Part shown: positions 17,991-26,455 of the stretch, one piece after another
Layout of the letters: every line of letters starts with the position of its first letter
How positions within the stretch are numbered: the stretch's first letter is position 1
Assembly (NCBI GenBank): GCA_964343565.1
Contig: CAYFKL010000001.1
Span: forward strand, 1 to 31,987
Origin: an uncultured Actinomycetes bacterium
Lineage (GTDB): Bacteria; Actinomycetota; Actinomycetes; Nanopelagicales; Nanopelagicaceae
Direction: 5' to 3'
DNA: 31,987 bases
Translations under genes and position numbers: made by a program
Notes under the pieces: generated by a model
The model's input: the letters and a program-made list of their open reading frames with translations, nothing else
Told to the model about the DNA's origin: nothing
Database searches by the model: none

Positions 17991-19187
17991 TTAGAGATTT
18001 AGTCGCACTGGATTGAATATGTCGGCCGCCAACAAGAGCAGAGATAGGGAGATTAATGCCGTTAGCACGACGATCGTGATGGGAGTTAATCGAGCGATAT
18101 CGATTGGCGACGGCTCAGACTTACCCCTAAATCTTGCCCAGCGCCGTCTTATGCCATCAGCAATAGCAACTGCAATGTGACCACCGTCCAATGGCGGAAT
18201 TGGCAATGAGTTAAATAATCCAACGAAAATGTTCAGACTTGCGACCATGAGTAAGAATGTTCCTATTTTTTCACTTACCGAATAGTTAGTCGCGGAAAAA
18301 GTTTGTCCGCTGGCACGTGCTGCTCCAACTACTCCAACTAAATCTTCAGCAGTACGAGTCTTATGATCAACCACTTGACCCCATAGCGTTGGTATTTTGC
18401 TTGGAATAGAAAGCAATCCTTCGACACTTGCCTTCGTCAGAGTTCCAAATATAGTGATAGATGTTGTGGTGGAATTCCAGAAGGTGAGACGCTGTGGTTC
18501 TATTTTGGGGCCAATACCAATAAATCCTCTATTGCTTCCATCCTCAAGTTTCAGATTTGCTGGAGTTAAAGTTAAGGAAATCTCTTTTCCATCCCTCAAC
18601 ACGTTCAGTTGAATTGGAACTCCTGCATTAGATCTAAATATTTTTGTACCGTCTTCCCACTTGGAAATTCGATTTCCATCAACCGCCACTAATTTATCTC
18701 CAACCTGAATGCCTGCCTGCTTTGCTGGTGAGATCAAATCGCTAGATTGGCAACCGACAAGCACATTCGATGGAACGCATGGTGAAATTTGGGCAATTGA
18801 TGTCGTAGGAGTATTGACCCCGATCGTGAACAAAAAGAGAAAAAGTAGAGTCAAGCCAATGAGGAAATGAATAATGGAGCCTGCCGCCAAAGTAATAATT
18901 CTGTGAATGATGCGAGCCCGGTAAAAGGCTCGTGGCTGATCCTCCATCGAGAGTTCTTCTGCTGGAGTCATCCCACTAATACGAACGTAGCCACCGGCAG
19001 GAATTGCTTTGATCCCGTATTCCGTCTCTCCTCGAATGACTGACCATATACGTGGACCAAATCCGACAAAAAACTCTGTCACTTTCATGCCAAATTTTCG
19101 CGCGGCGAAAAAGTGGCCGGCTTCATGGAGCATCACCGATAGCAGTAGCGCTACTACAAATGCCAAAATGCCTAGTGCAGAATTCAT
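17991..19187 (-). CDS. M50 family RIP metalloprotease with PDZ domain (RseP/Rip1-like)
   Basis: HEAGH zinc motif, PDZ-like [13 protein letters not shown], and [12 protein letters not shown]; lies between dxr and ispG. Confidence 0.95.
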   Translation of the reverse strand: MNSALGILAFVVALLLSVMLHEAGHFFAARKFGMKVTEFFVGFGPRIWSVIRGETEYGIKAIPAGGYVRISGMTPAEELSMEDQPRAFYRARIIHRIITLAAGSIIHFLIGLTLLFLFLFTIGVNTPTTSIAQISPCVPSNVLVGCQSSDLISPAKQAGIQVGDKLVAVDGNRISKWEDGTKIFRSNAGVPIQLNVLRDGKEISLTLTPANLKLEDGSNRGFIGIGPKIEPQRLTFWNSTTTSITIFGTLTKASVEGLLSIPSKIPTLWGQVVDHKTRTAEDLVGVVGAARASGQTFSATNYSVSEKIGTFLLMVASLNIFVGLFNSLPIPPLDGGHIAVAIADGIRRRWARFRGKSEPSPIDIARLTPITIVVLTALISLSLLLLAADIFNPVRLNL

Positions 19188-19191
19188 TTCC

Positions 19192-20358
19192 CTAAGCCAA
19201 TCTTTCCGAGATCAGTATTTGACTCTTCAAATGTGCCCACTCCTGAACCTTTGCAACATCCAAAATGGTATCAATACTTTGCGAAGGGGCATTTTTTGCA
19301 TCATTCAAAACACGCTCTATAACCTTTGTTATTGAAGTAAAGGGTAATTTTCCGGATAAAAATGCTGCAACTGCAGATTCATTGGTGGCATTAAAAATTG
19401 CTGGAATTACACCGCCGCGTCTGCCTGACTCGAAAGCTAATTCAAGGCCTGGGTATGAGAGCGTATCAATCGGCAAAAACTGCCACGTATGAGATTTTGA
19501 CCAATCAACAGGCGCTGAAATTCTGTAGCCTCGATCGGGCGTAGTCAGAGAATAGGCTATAGGAACTTTCATATTCGGTGGGCTTAATTGAGCAGTGGTA
19601 GAGCCATCTTCAAACTCAACAAGTGAGTGAATGTACGACTGCGGATGAATAACGACTTCTATTTGATCATAACTGATATCAAAAAGTAGATGTGCCTCGA
19701 TGACTTCGAGCCCCTTGTTAACCAATGTTGCCGAATTTATTGACACCACTGGGCCCATCGACCATGTTGGATGTGCGAGGGCTTGTTCTGGAGTGACATC
19801 ATGCAATTCTTCAAATGCGCGCCCTCGAAATGGTCCGCCACTTGCTGTCAAAATCAATTTACTTACATTCGCTACCGCTTCGCCTTGAAGGAGTTGAAAG
19901 ATTGCTGAATGCTCGGAATCTACTGGGATTAGTTGCCCTGGTTTAGCGGCTGCCTTTACGAGTTCGCCACCTGCAACTAGAGATTCCTTATTAGCCAGTG
20001 CAACTTTTGATCCAATATCCAATGCCGCGAGAGTTGGTGCTAACCCAACCGCCCCCGCTATGCCATTGAGAACGGTGTCACCACCAGTTCGAGCGAGTTC
20101 GCTAACTCCTTCAATACCGACCAAGACCGGACGATTAAGTTGTGTCGAAATCTGCTCTGCCGCTTCAGGAGAAAAGACAGCCAATCTTGCTTCTGGGTAG
20201 CGAAGTGCTTGCTCAATGAATAAGTCAATGTTGGAACCAGCGCTTGCTAACCCAATAACCTCTGCATCTACCTGGCTGGTTGGATCTTCAATCACTTCCA
20301 AAGCCTGTCGTCCAATCGATCCTGTGGAACCAAGAACGATTAACGATTTAGCAGGCAT
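19192..20358 (-). CDS. dxr: 1-deoxy-D-xylulose-5-phosphate reductoisomerase
   Basis: GSTGSIG, LANKESLV, PVDSEHSAIFQ and HPTWSMG...NKGLEVIEAH motifs. Confidence 0.99.
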   Translation of the reverse strand: MPAKSLIVLGSTGSIGRQALEVIEDPTSQVDAEVIGLASAGSNIDLFIEQALRYPEARLAVFSPEAAEQISTQLNRPVLVGIEGVSELARTGGDTVLNGIAGAVGLAPTLAALDIGSKVALANKESLVAGGELVKAAAKPGQLIPVDSEHSAIFQLLQGEAVANVSKLILTASGGPFRGRAFEELHDVTPEQALAHPTWSMGPVVSINSATLVNKGLEVIEAHLLFDISYDQIEVVIHPQSYIHSLVEFEDGSTTAQLSPPNMKVPIAYSLTTPDRGYRISAPVDWSKSHTWQFLPIDTLSYPGLELAFESGRRGGVIPAIFNATNESAVAAFLSGKLPFTSITKVIERVLNDAKNAPSQSIDTILDVAKVQEWAHLKSQILISERLA

Positions 20359-20360
20359 GT

Positions 20361-22517
20361 TTAGCCCTTACCTCTTCTAGGGCGTTTTCGATCGCCTTTG
20401 ATAGCAACTGATTTTTTACTTTCGACTTTTTCTGCGAATTTAGATTCACCATTGGATTCAGCTGCAGAATCAGTTACAGGATCAACACTGGTATTGTCGT
20501 CATGCACATCTTCATAGTGGTGATGAGTTTTAGTTCGATGAAAGTCTGGCTTATCAACGGGTTCCAGTGAAACGTGAATTCCTCGACCTTGACAGTGATC
20601 ACAGGTCGTAGAGAAGGCTTCAATCAAACCTTGCCCCACTCGTTTTCGTGTCATTTGTACCAAACCAAGAGAAGTTACTTCAGCCACCTGGTGTTTTGTT
20701 CGATCGCGTCCAAGACATTCCACCAACCTACGAAGAACTAAGTCGCGATTTGACTCAAGCACCATGTCGATGAAGTCAACAACGATGATGCCTCCAAGAT
20801 CACGAAGTCTTAATTGACGGGCGATCTCTTCCGCAGCTTCCAAATTATTTTTGGTGACGGTCTCTTCAAGATTTCCACCTTTACCGGTGAATTTTCCGGT
20901 GTTTACGTCAACCACGACCATAGCTTCGGTACGGTCAATGACAAGAGAACCACCTGAAGGAAGCCAAACTTTTCTGTCGAGCGCCTTCGCAAGTTGCTCG
21001 TCTACTCGATATTCCGAGAATAGATCTTTTTCAGATGTCCATCGATGAATTTTGTTCACAAGATCTGGAGCTACGTGACCGAGGTAAGCATTGATTTCGT
21101 CCCATGCATCCACACCTTGAACATGCATCGTAAGAAAATCCTCATTAAATATGTCACGAATAACCCTGACCGCAAGGTCAGGTTCCCCGTAAAGCAAAGT
21201 TGGCGCTGTTGCTGAGGACAATTGCTCAGATTTCTTTTGAATATCTTCCCACTGCGCCTTGAGTCGAGTTACGTCTCGAGAAAGTTCTTCTTCCGTCGCA
21301 CCTTCTGCAGCAGTTCGAACGATCACTCCGGACTCTTCTGGTACTAGATCTTTCAGAATCGATTTCAATCTTGACCGTTCTGCATCTGGCAGTCGTCGAC
21401 TTATGCCGCTCATGCCACCGCCCGGAACATAAACCAAATATCTGCCGGGGAGTGAGACTTGACTGGTTAACCGAGCACCTTTCTGCCCAATCGGATCCTT
21501 GGTGACTTGAACGAGTACTTGTTGACCAGTTTTAAGCGCAAGTTCGATTCTGCGTGGAGTGCCATCAGCTAACCCAGCGGCATCCCAATTGACCTCGCCG
21601 GCATAGAGCACTGCGTTGCGGCCTTTTCCAATATCAACGAATGCCGCTTCCATCGATGGCAAGACATTTTGAACTCGTCCCAAATAAACGTTGCCGACGT
21701 AGGAGGTATTCGATGAACGATTTACGTAGTGTTCAACCAGAATGTTATCTTCGATCACACAAATCTGCGTGCGATCTCCACTTTGTCGAACCAACATTTT
21801 TCTTTCCACAGACTCTCGTCGAGCCAAGAATTGAGATTCAGTCAAGATCGGAGCTCGACGTCTTACGTGTTCGCGCGAATCGCGACGGCGATGCCGCTTT
21901 GCATCGATTCGAGTCGAGTTCTCTTGAGGGGCAGATTCTTCCTCGCTAGATCTCCTCGCTCTTACTCGTTTGCGGTGAGAACTTCCTTCTGAAGAATTAC
22001 TCTCCTTTTCGGAAGTTTCTTCCTTAGCTAAATTTACAGTTTCTGGACCAACACGTTTGCGACCTCGGCCACCACGACGTCGACGTCGTCGCTTAGAAGC
22101 GGAATCGGATTCACTGTCGTTGAAATCTCGATCGACTATTTCTGTTTTGTTCGCACCGGTCTTTGTAGTGCTGACTTTCTTCGGATTCTTATCCTCTTTG
22201 ATCGGTTCGACTTTCTTGGCGTTCACTTTATTTGAGTCCACCTTTTTGGAGGACTTCTTTACGTCGGCAGCGGTGGATTTAGCTGGTTTTGAAGTTCTTG
22301 CTGAAACAGGAGAAATTTCAGGCGCTTGGAATATTGGAGCGAGTGCACTCCTTTTAGCAGTTGGTGCAACTGACTCTTTTTTCGACTCAACAGCTTCGAC
22401 CGATTTACGAGTTCGCTTTGAGGCAACTTTTTTCGTGCTTGGTTTCTCAGCGACATCCGATTTAGGAGCCCCACTTGGGCGTTTTGCTACTCGTCGTTTT
22501 TTCGCGATTTCACTCAT
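20361..22517 (-). CDS. rne: Ribonuclease E/G family protein with a basic N-terminal extension
   Basis: S1 domain GNVYLGRVQNVLPSMEAAFVDIG; catalytic VDVNTG and VDFIDM; Zn-link CDHC. Start moved to ATG 22517 (MSEIAKK). Confidence 0.96.
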   Translation of the reverse strand: MSEIAKKRRVAKRPSGAPKSDVAEKPSTKKVASKRTRKSVEAVESKKESVAPTAKRSALAPIFQAPEISPVSARTSKPAKSTAADVKKSSKKVDSNKVNAKKVEPIKEDKNPKKVSTTKTGANKTEIVDRDFNDSESDSASKRRRRRRGGRGRKRVGPETVNLAKEETSEKESNSSEGSSHRKRVRARRSSEEESAPQENSTRIDAKRHRRRDSREHVRRRAPILTESQFLARRESVERKMLVRQSGDRTQICVIEDNILVEHYVNRSSNTSYVGNVYLGRVQNVLPSMEAAFVDIGKGRNAVLYAGEVNWDAAGLADGTPRRIELALKTGQQVLVQVTKDPIGQKGARLTSQVSLPGRYLVYVPGGGMSGISRRLPDAERSRLKSILKDLVPEESGVIVRTAAEGATEEELSRDVTRLKAQWEDIQKKSEQLSSATAPTLLYGEPDLAVRVIRDIFNEDFLTMHVQGVDAWDEINAYLGHVAPDLVNKIHRWTSEKDLFSEYRVDEQLAKALDRKVWLPSGGSLVIDRTEAMVVVDVNTGKFTGKGGNLEETVTKNNLEAAEEIARQLRLRDLGGIIVVDFIDMVLESNRDLVLRRLVECLGRDRTKHQVAEVTSLGLVQMTRKRVGQGLIEAFSTTCDHCQGRGIHVSLEPVDKPDFHRTKTHHHYEDVHDDNTSVDPVTDSAAESNGESKFAEKVESKKSVAIKGDRKRPRRGKG

Positions 22518-22763
22518 GCGGTAACTACTTCCTGTGCCGTCGAAGAGTGCGCACCTCACAATGGAGTGCGCCGTCTACCTCGAACAAAGTCTGGTTCGAC
22601 TCACTTCTGACCGATCGGATCGGCCGCCACGCCTGCCAGCTCGTCGAGTGGTCCCTGCGCTAACCGAGTTGATCGGCTCGCGAGACCCTCAATCCGCAAT
22701 GCGGCGAGAAGATCGTCTGGTCGTACCGTGGGGGTCCCATGGCTTACGACCGCTTTGAGTATA
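22518..22763 (-). promoter_or_regulatory. Candidate internal rne promoter (-10 TATACT, 22758-22763) and structured 5' leader
   Basis: TATACT lies inside TIGR03936 codons, with TTGATT 19 nt upstream. Hairpins occur at 22720-22750, 22580-22599 and 22549-22571. Confidence 0.5.
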
Positions 22764-23299
22764 GCCTGCTCTGAGGTGCGAGAATCAATGACCAGGCTCG
22801 CCACCGCCGGTCGAACGTCGATCTGACGCTCACCATCCTTGCCTTTGCGCGTGATGATTCGCTCACTCGATTCCAAAAAGGATCGAATTTCAGCCTCAAT
22901 CTCAGTGTGATCTCCCGAAATTTCGATCATCCATAACGAGGCGGTGAGCCACGTTGCCAGGTCTACTCCATCCACCGGACTTGATTCAACAATATCCAAA
23001 CCTTCAGGCAAGGCGGCATCAAGTCGTTGACCCACTTCAGCGACGTCCATTTCCGCTTGCAATCCGATCTCCAAATATTCCGCCTCACTCGCCATTCCTG
23101 TTGGCGCTGCCCCCATATACGAAATTTTTGGATGAGGAGAAAATCCAGAAGAGTAGGCAATAGGAATTCCGCTGCGACGTAATGCGCGCTCAAATGCGCG
23201 CGCAAAATCTCGGTGTGAAGTAAAACGGAGTCGACCCCGCTTTGCATAACGAATGCGGATCCGCTGAACAACAGGATTTTGCTTATGCGGCACTTTCAC
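22601..23299 (-). CDS. TIGR03936 family radical SAM-associated protein (DUF2344)
   Basis: RIRYAKRGRLRFTSHRDF-RAFERALRR, YSSGFSPHPKIS and SEAEYLEI motifs; directly follows the TIGR03960-type gene. Confidence 0.92.
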   Translation of the reverse strand: MKVPHKQNPVVQRIRIRYAKRGRLRFTSHRDFARAFERALRRSGIPIAYSSGFSPHPKISYMGAAPTGMASEAEYLEIGLQAEMDVAEVGQRLDAALPEGLDIVESSPVDGVDLATWLTASLWMIEISGDHTEIEAEIRSFLESSERIITRKGKDGERQIDVRPAVASLVIDSRTSEQAILKAVVSHGTPTVRPDDLLAALRIEGLASRSTRLAQGPLDELAGVAADPIGQK

Positions 23300-23351
23300 T
23301 TTGAGGTTACCTTCACTCCCTGAAAATCCGTCATCTGCTGAAATTACTTAA

Positions 23352-25265
23352 CTACTTCACAAGTAAAGGAATAGTTTTGCCGGTTGGCCCAATCTGAATT
23401 TCTGTATCCATGGTTGGACATACGCCGCAATCAAAACAGGGAGACCATCTGCAGTCTTCAACTTCTCCACCATTAAGCGCGTCTTGCCAATCCGCCCACA
23501 GCCACTCTTTATCCAGCCCAGAATCTAAATGATCCCAAGGCAGCACTTCGTCCAAAAATCTTTCTCGGGTGGTGTACCAATCCAGTGATAGCGATGTGCC
23601 TGAGAAAATCTGTTCGCAAGCTTGCACCCATCGCTGGTAGGAGAAATGTTCGCTCCAGCCATCGAATCTTTGGCCGTTTCTCCATGCCTCTTCAATGACA
23701 TCTGCCACTCGTCTATCACCGCGCGAGAGCAAACCTTCAATTTGACTTGGTTTACCATCGTGATATCGATAACCAATCGCCCGTGAGTACTTCTTATCTT
23801 GTTGAATCGATTCCTTCAAGATACGTAGACGATGATCTACAACGTCTGGATTTTCTTGGGCAGCCCATTGAAATGGCGTATGTGGTTTCGGTACGAAAGC
23901 GCCAATCGAAACAGTGCAACGAATATCGTTTGAACCGGTGGCTTTGCGACCTTCGGCAATCGCCCGCTTCGCCATAACTCCGATTTGGAGCACATCTTCA
24001 TCAGTTTCCGTTGGTAGCCCGCACATAAAATATAATTTGACCTGCCTCCAACCATTCGTGAAGGCTGTGCGTACCGTGGAGATTAAATCCTCTTCGCTCA
24101 CCATCTTATTGATAACTTGTCTCATTCGATCGCTTCCGCCTTCCGGAGCAAACGTGAGACCCGACCTACGGCCGTTTCTAGTTAATTCATTTGCAAGATC
24201 AACGTTGAATGCGTCTACTCGAGTAGAAGGCAGCGAGAGACCAATATTCTCCCCGTCGTACCTATCTGCCAACCCTTTAGCGATATCGCCAATCTCTGAG
24301 TGGTCTGCGCTTGAGAGTGAGAGCAATCCAACTTCTTCATAACCAGTTGCCTTCAAACCTTGCTCAACCATCGCGGCAATTCCCGTGATCGATCTCTCTC
24401 GAACAGGGCGCGTAATCATGCCAGCCTGACAAAAACGACAGCCGCGTGTGCATCCACGAAATATTTCAACGCTCATTCGCTCATGAACGCTCTCAGCAAG
24501 TGGAACTAATGGCTGCTTTGGATATGGCCATTCGTCCAAATTCATAACTGTATGCTTCGCGACTCGGAACGGTACGCCAGATCGATTTGGAACAACTCTC
24601 TTTATCTGCCCGTTTGCCAAATATTCAACATCATAGAATTTTGGAACGTAGCAACCAGCTTTTTGAGCAAGTTGGAGAAGTAATCCATCTCTGCCACCCG
24701 GAAAATCCTGCGCTTTCCAATCTCGAACGACATTGGTAATTGCGATTACCGCCTCTTCCCCATCGCCAAGAACTGCAACGTCAATAAAATCAGCAACAGG
24801 TTCTGGATTAAAAGAAGCGTGTCCACCTGCAATCACAATCGGATCCGACATTGTTCGCTGTTGCGATCGAAGCGGAATATTTGCCAGTGAAAGCGCTGAC
24901 AGCATATTTGTGTATCCAAGTTCAGTGGAAAATGAAAATCCAAGAAGATCGAAGTCGCCTAGTGGTCGATGTGAATCGATAGAGAAATGCGGAACATTAG
25001 CCGCCCGCATCAATGCTTCTAAATCTGGCCAAATTGCATAACTTCTCTCAGCGAGCACATCCTCAATTTCATTAAGTACTTCATACAAAATCATGACACC
25101 TTGATTAGGTAGGCCCACTTCATATGCATCCGGATACATCAGCGCCCAACGAACACTCGCGGAATCCCAATCTTTTACGGTCGAATTAAGTTCACCACCA
25201 ACGTATTGAATTGGTTTCGCCACTTTGGGAAGCAGCGGCTCAAGAATGGGCCATACAGAAGTCAC
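23352..25265 (-). CDS. TIGR03960 family radical SAM protein (B12-binding-domain type)
   Basis: KPIQYVGGE, YPDAYEVGLPNQG, CxxxCxxC (CTRGCRFC) and a C-terminal CRWSPCFDCGVC cluster. Confidence 0.94.
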   Translation of the reverse strand: MTSVWPILEPLLPKVAKPIQYVGGELNSTVKDWDSASVRWALMYPDAYEVGLPNQGVMILYEVLNEIEDVLAERSYAIWPDLEALMRAANVPHFSIDSHRPLGDFDLLGFSFSTELGYTNMLSALSLANIPLRSQQRTMSDPIVIAGGHASFNPEPVADFIDVAVLGDGEEAVIAITNVVRDWKAQDFPGGRDGLLLQLAQKAGCYVPKFYDVEYLANGQIKRVVPNRSGVPFRVAKHTVMNLDEWPYPKQPLVPLAESVHERMSVEIFRGCTRGCRFCQAGMITRPVRERSITGIAAMVEQGLKATGYEEVGLLSLSSADHSEIGDIAKGLADRYDGENIGLSLPSTRVDAFNVDLANELTRNGRRSGLTFAPEGGSDRMRQVINKMVSEEDLISTVRTAFTNGWRQVKLYFMCGLPTETDEDVLQIGVMAKRAIAEGRKATGSNDIRCTVSIGAFVPKPHTPFQWAAQENPDVVDHRLRILKESIQQDKKYSRAIGYRYHDGKPSQIEGLLSRGDRRVADVIEEAWRNGQRFDGWSEHFSYQRWVQACEQIFSGTSLSLDWYTTRERFLDEVLPWDHLDSGLDKEWLWADWQDALNGGEVEDCRWSPCFDCGVCPTMDTEIQIGPTGKTIPLLVK

Positions 25266-25272
25266 ATGGAGA

Positions 25273-25278
25273 AGGATA
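25273..25278 (-). promoter_or_regulatory. Candidate -10 (TATCCT) for the radical SAM gene
   Basis: TANNNT 7 nt before GTG 25265, with no SD. Confidence 0.45.
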
Positions 25279-25280
25279 AA

Positions 25281-26450
25281 TCAATTCCAACTTCGGCGCG
25301 CGTAAACATTCTGCAGTAGCCCTACTCCCATGAGCGTCGCAAAAAGACTCGTACCACCAGAGGAAAGAAACGGAAGCGGGACTCCGGTCATGGGCATCAA
25401 ACCCATTGCCATCCCGATATTTTCAAAAGTTTGGAAGGCGAACCATGCCATTACACCTGTGGCGACCAGGCGACCAAATAGGTCATGGGTTCTTCGCGCA
25501 ATGCGTCCAGCTCGCCACAAAACTATTCCGAATAGTGCGATTATCAATCCTGACCCAAAGAAACCCAACTCTTCGCCGGCCACAGTGAAAATGAAGTCGG
25601 TCTGTTGCTCAGGGACAAATCTGCCATTGGATTGAGGTCCGTGATAGAGACCTTTTCCAAAGTAACCGCCCGATCCAATCGTGATGCGAGCCTGCTGTAA
25701 TTGATAACCGCTCTCTAACGGATCAGCCGACGGATTCACGAAAGATTGCAAACGCTTCAATTGATAGTCGTGCAAAATATTTGCTTTCACTGCAACTACT
25801 CCGCCAAGAACCCCAATCAGCAACAGCCCGGCGATCCATCTAGCAGGCGCTCCTGATACCGCAACAATCGCTACGACTGCGCAACTTACGATCAGAATAC
25901 TGCCGACATCTGGTTGCAGAAAAATGAGTAACACTGGAAGAGCTGCAACTCCAAGTGCCAAAAGTACATCTATGTGCCGAGGATCTTTTTCGGCATCTCG
26001 TCGCTCAGCCAACAACATCGCCATTCCAATGATGATGGCAAGTTTTGCAAATTCAGCAGGTTGAATACTCAATCCACCTGGTAAAACGATCCAAGCCCGC
26101 GCGCCATTGATTGTGGATCCTATGCCTGGAATCATGACGAGTATCAACCCGATTACTGCAAGCCCCCACAAAATTGGCGTATATGCACGTAATAATCGAT
26201 AGTCAACCACTGTTATCAAGACCGCCAGAATCAAACCGATCACAATGTTTATGATTTGTTTCTTTAAATATCCATGAGGATCTAATCCTTGAGCGGCGTA
26301 CCAATCCCGAGTCGATGCAGAGACTAAGAGAGCGCCAATAAACAGCAACAATAAAACTGCACTAGCTAAAACCCAATCAATTTCTCGAAGAAACCCACCG
26401 CGTTCAACAGACCGTCGCAAGGTTCGAGTAACTCTAGTTGATGTATACAT
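25281..26450 (-). CDS. rodA: Rod shape-determining protein RodA (SEDS family)
   Basis: GARAWI, IQPAEFAK, QPDVG, VPEQQTDFIF, GVPLPFLSSGG motifs; follows mrdA; AGGAG SD. Confidence 0.96.
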   Translation of the reverse strand: MYTSTRVTRTLRRSVERGGFLREIDWVLASAVLLLLFIGALLVSASTRDWYAAQGLDPHGYLKKQIINIVIGLILAVLITVVDYRLLRAYTPILWGLAVIGLILVMIPGIGSTINGARAWIVLPGGLSIQPAEFAKLAIIIGMAMLLAERRDAEKDPRHIDVLLALGVAALPVLLIFLQPDVGSILIVSCAVVAIVAVSGAPARWIAGLLLIGVLGGVVAVKANILHDYQLKRLQSFVNPSADPLESGYQLQQARITIGSGGYFGKGLYHGPQSNGRFVPEQQTDFIFTVAGEELGFFGSGLIIALFGIVLWRAGRIARRTHDLFGRLVATGVMAWFAFQTFENIGMAMGLMPMTGVPLPFLSSGGTSLFATLMGVGLLQNVYARRSWN

Positions 26451-26455
26451 CTCTC

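Noticed and set aside
22057-22524. 155-aa plus-strand ORF with poly-Arg
   Set aside because: Antisense shadow of the low-complexity rne N-terminus.
23300-23351. 52 nt gap between the radical SAM gene and TIGR03936 as a possible ncRNA or terminator
   Set aside because: No convincing stem or U-tract; it contains only SD-like purine runs.
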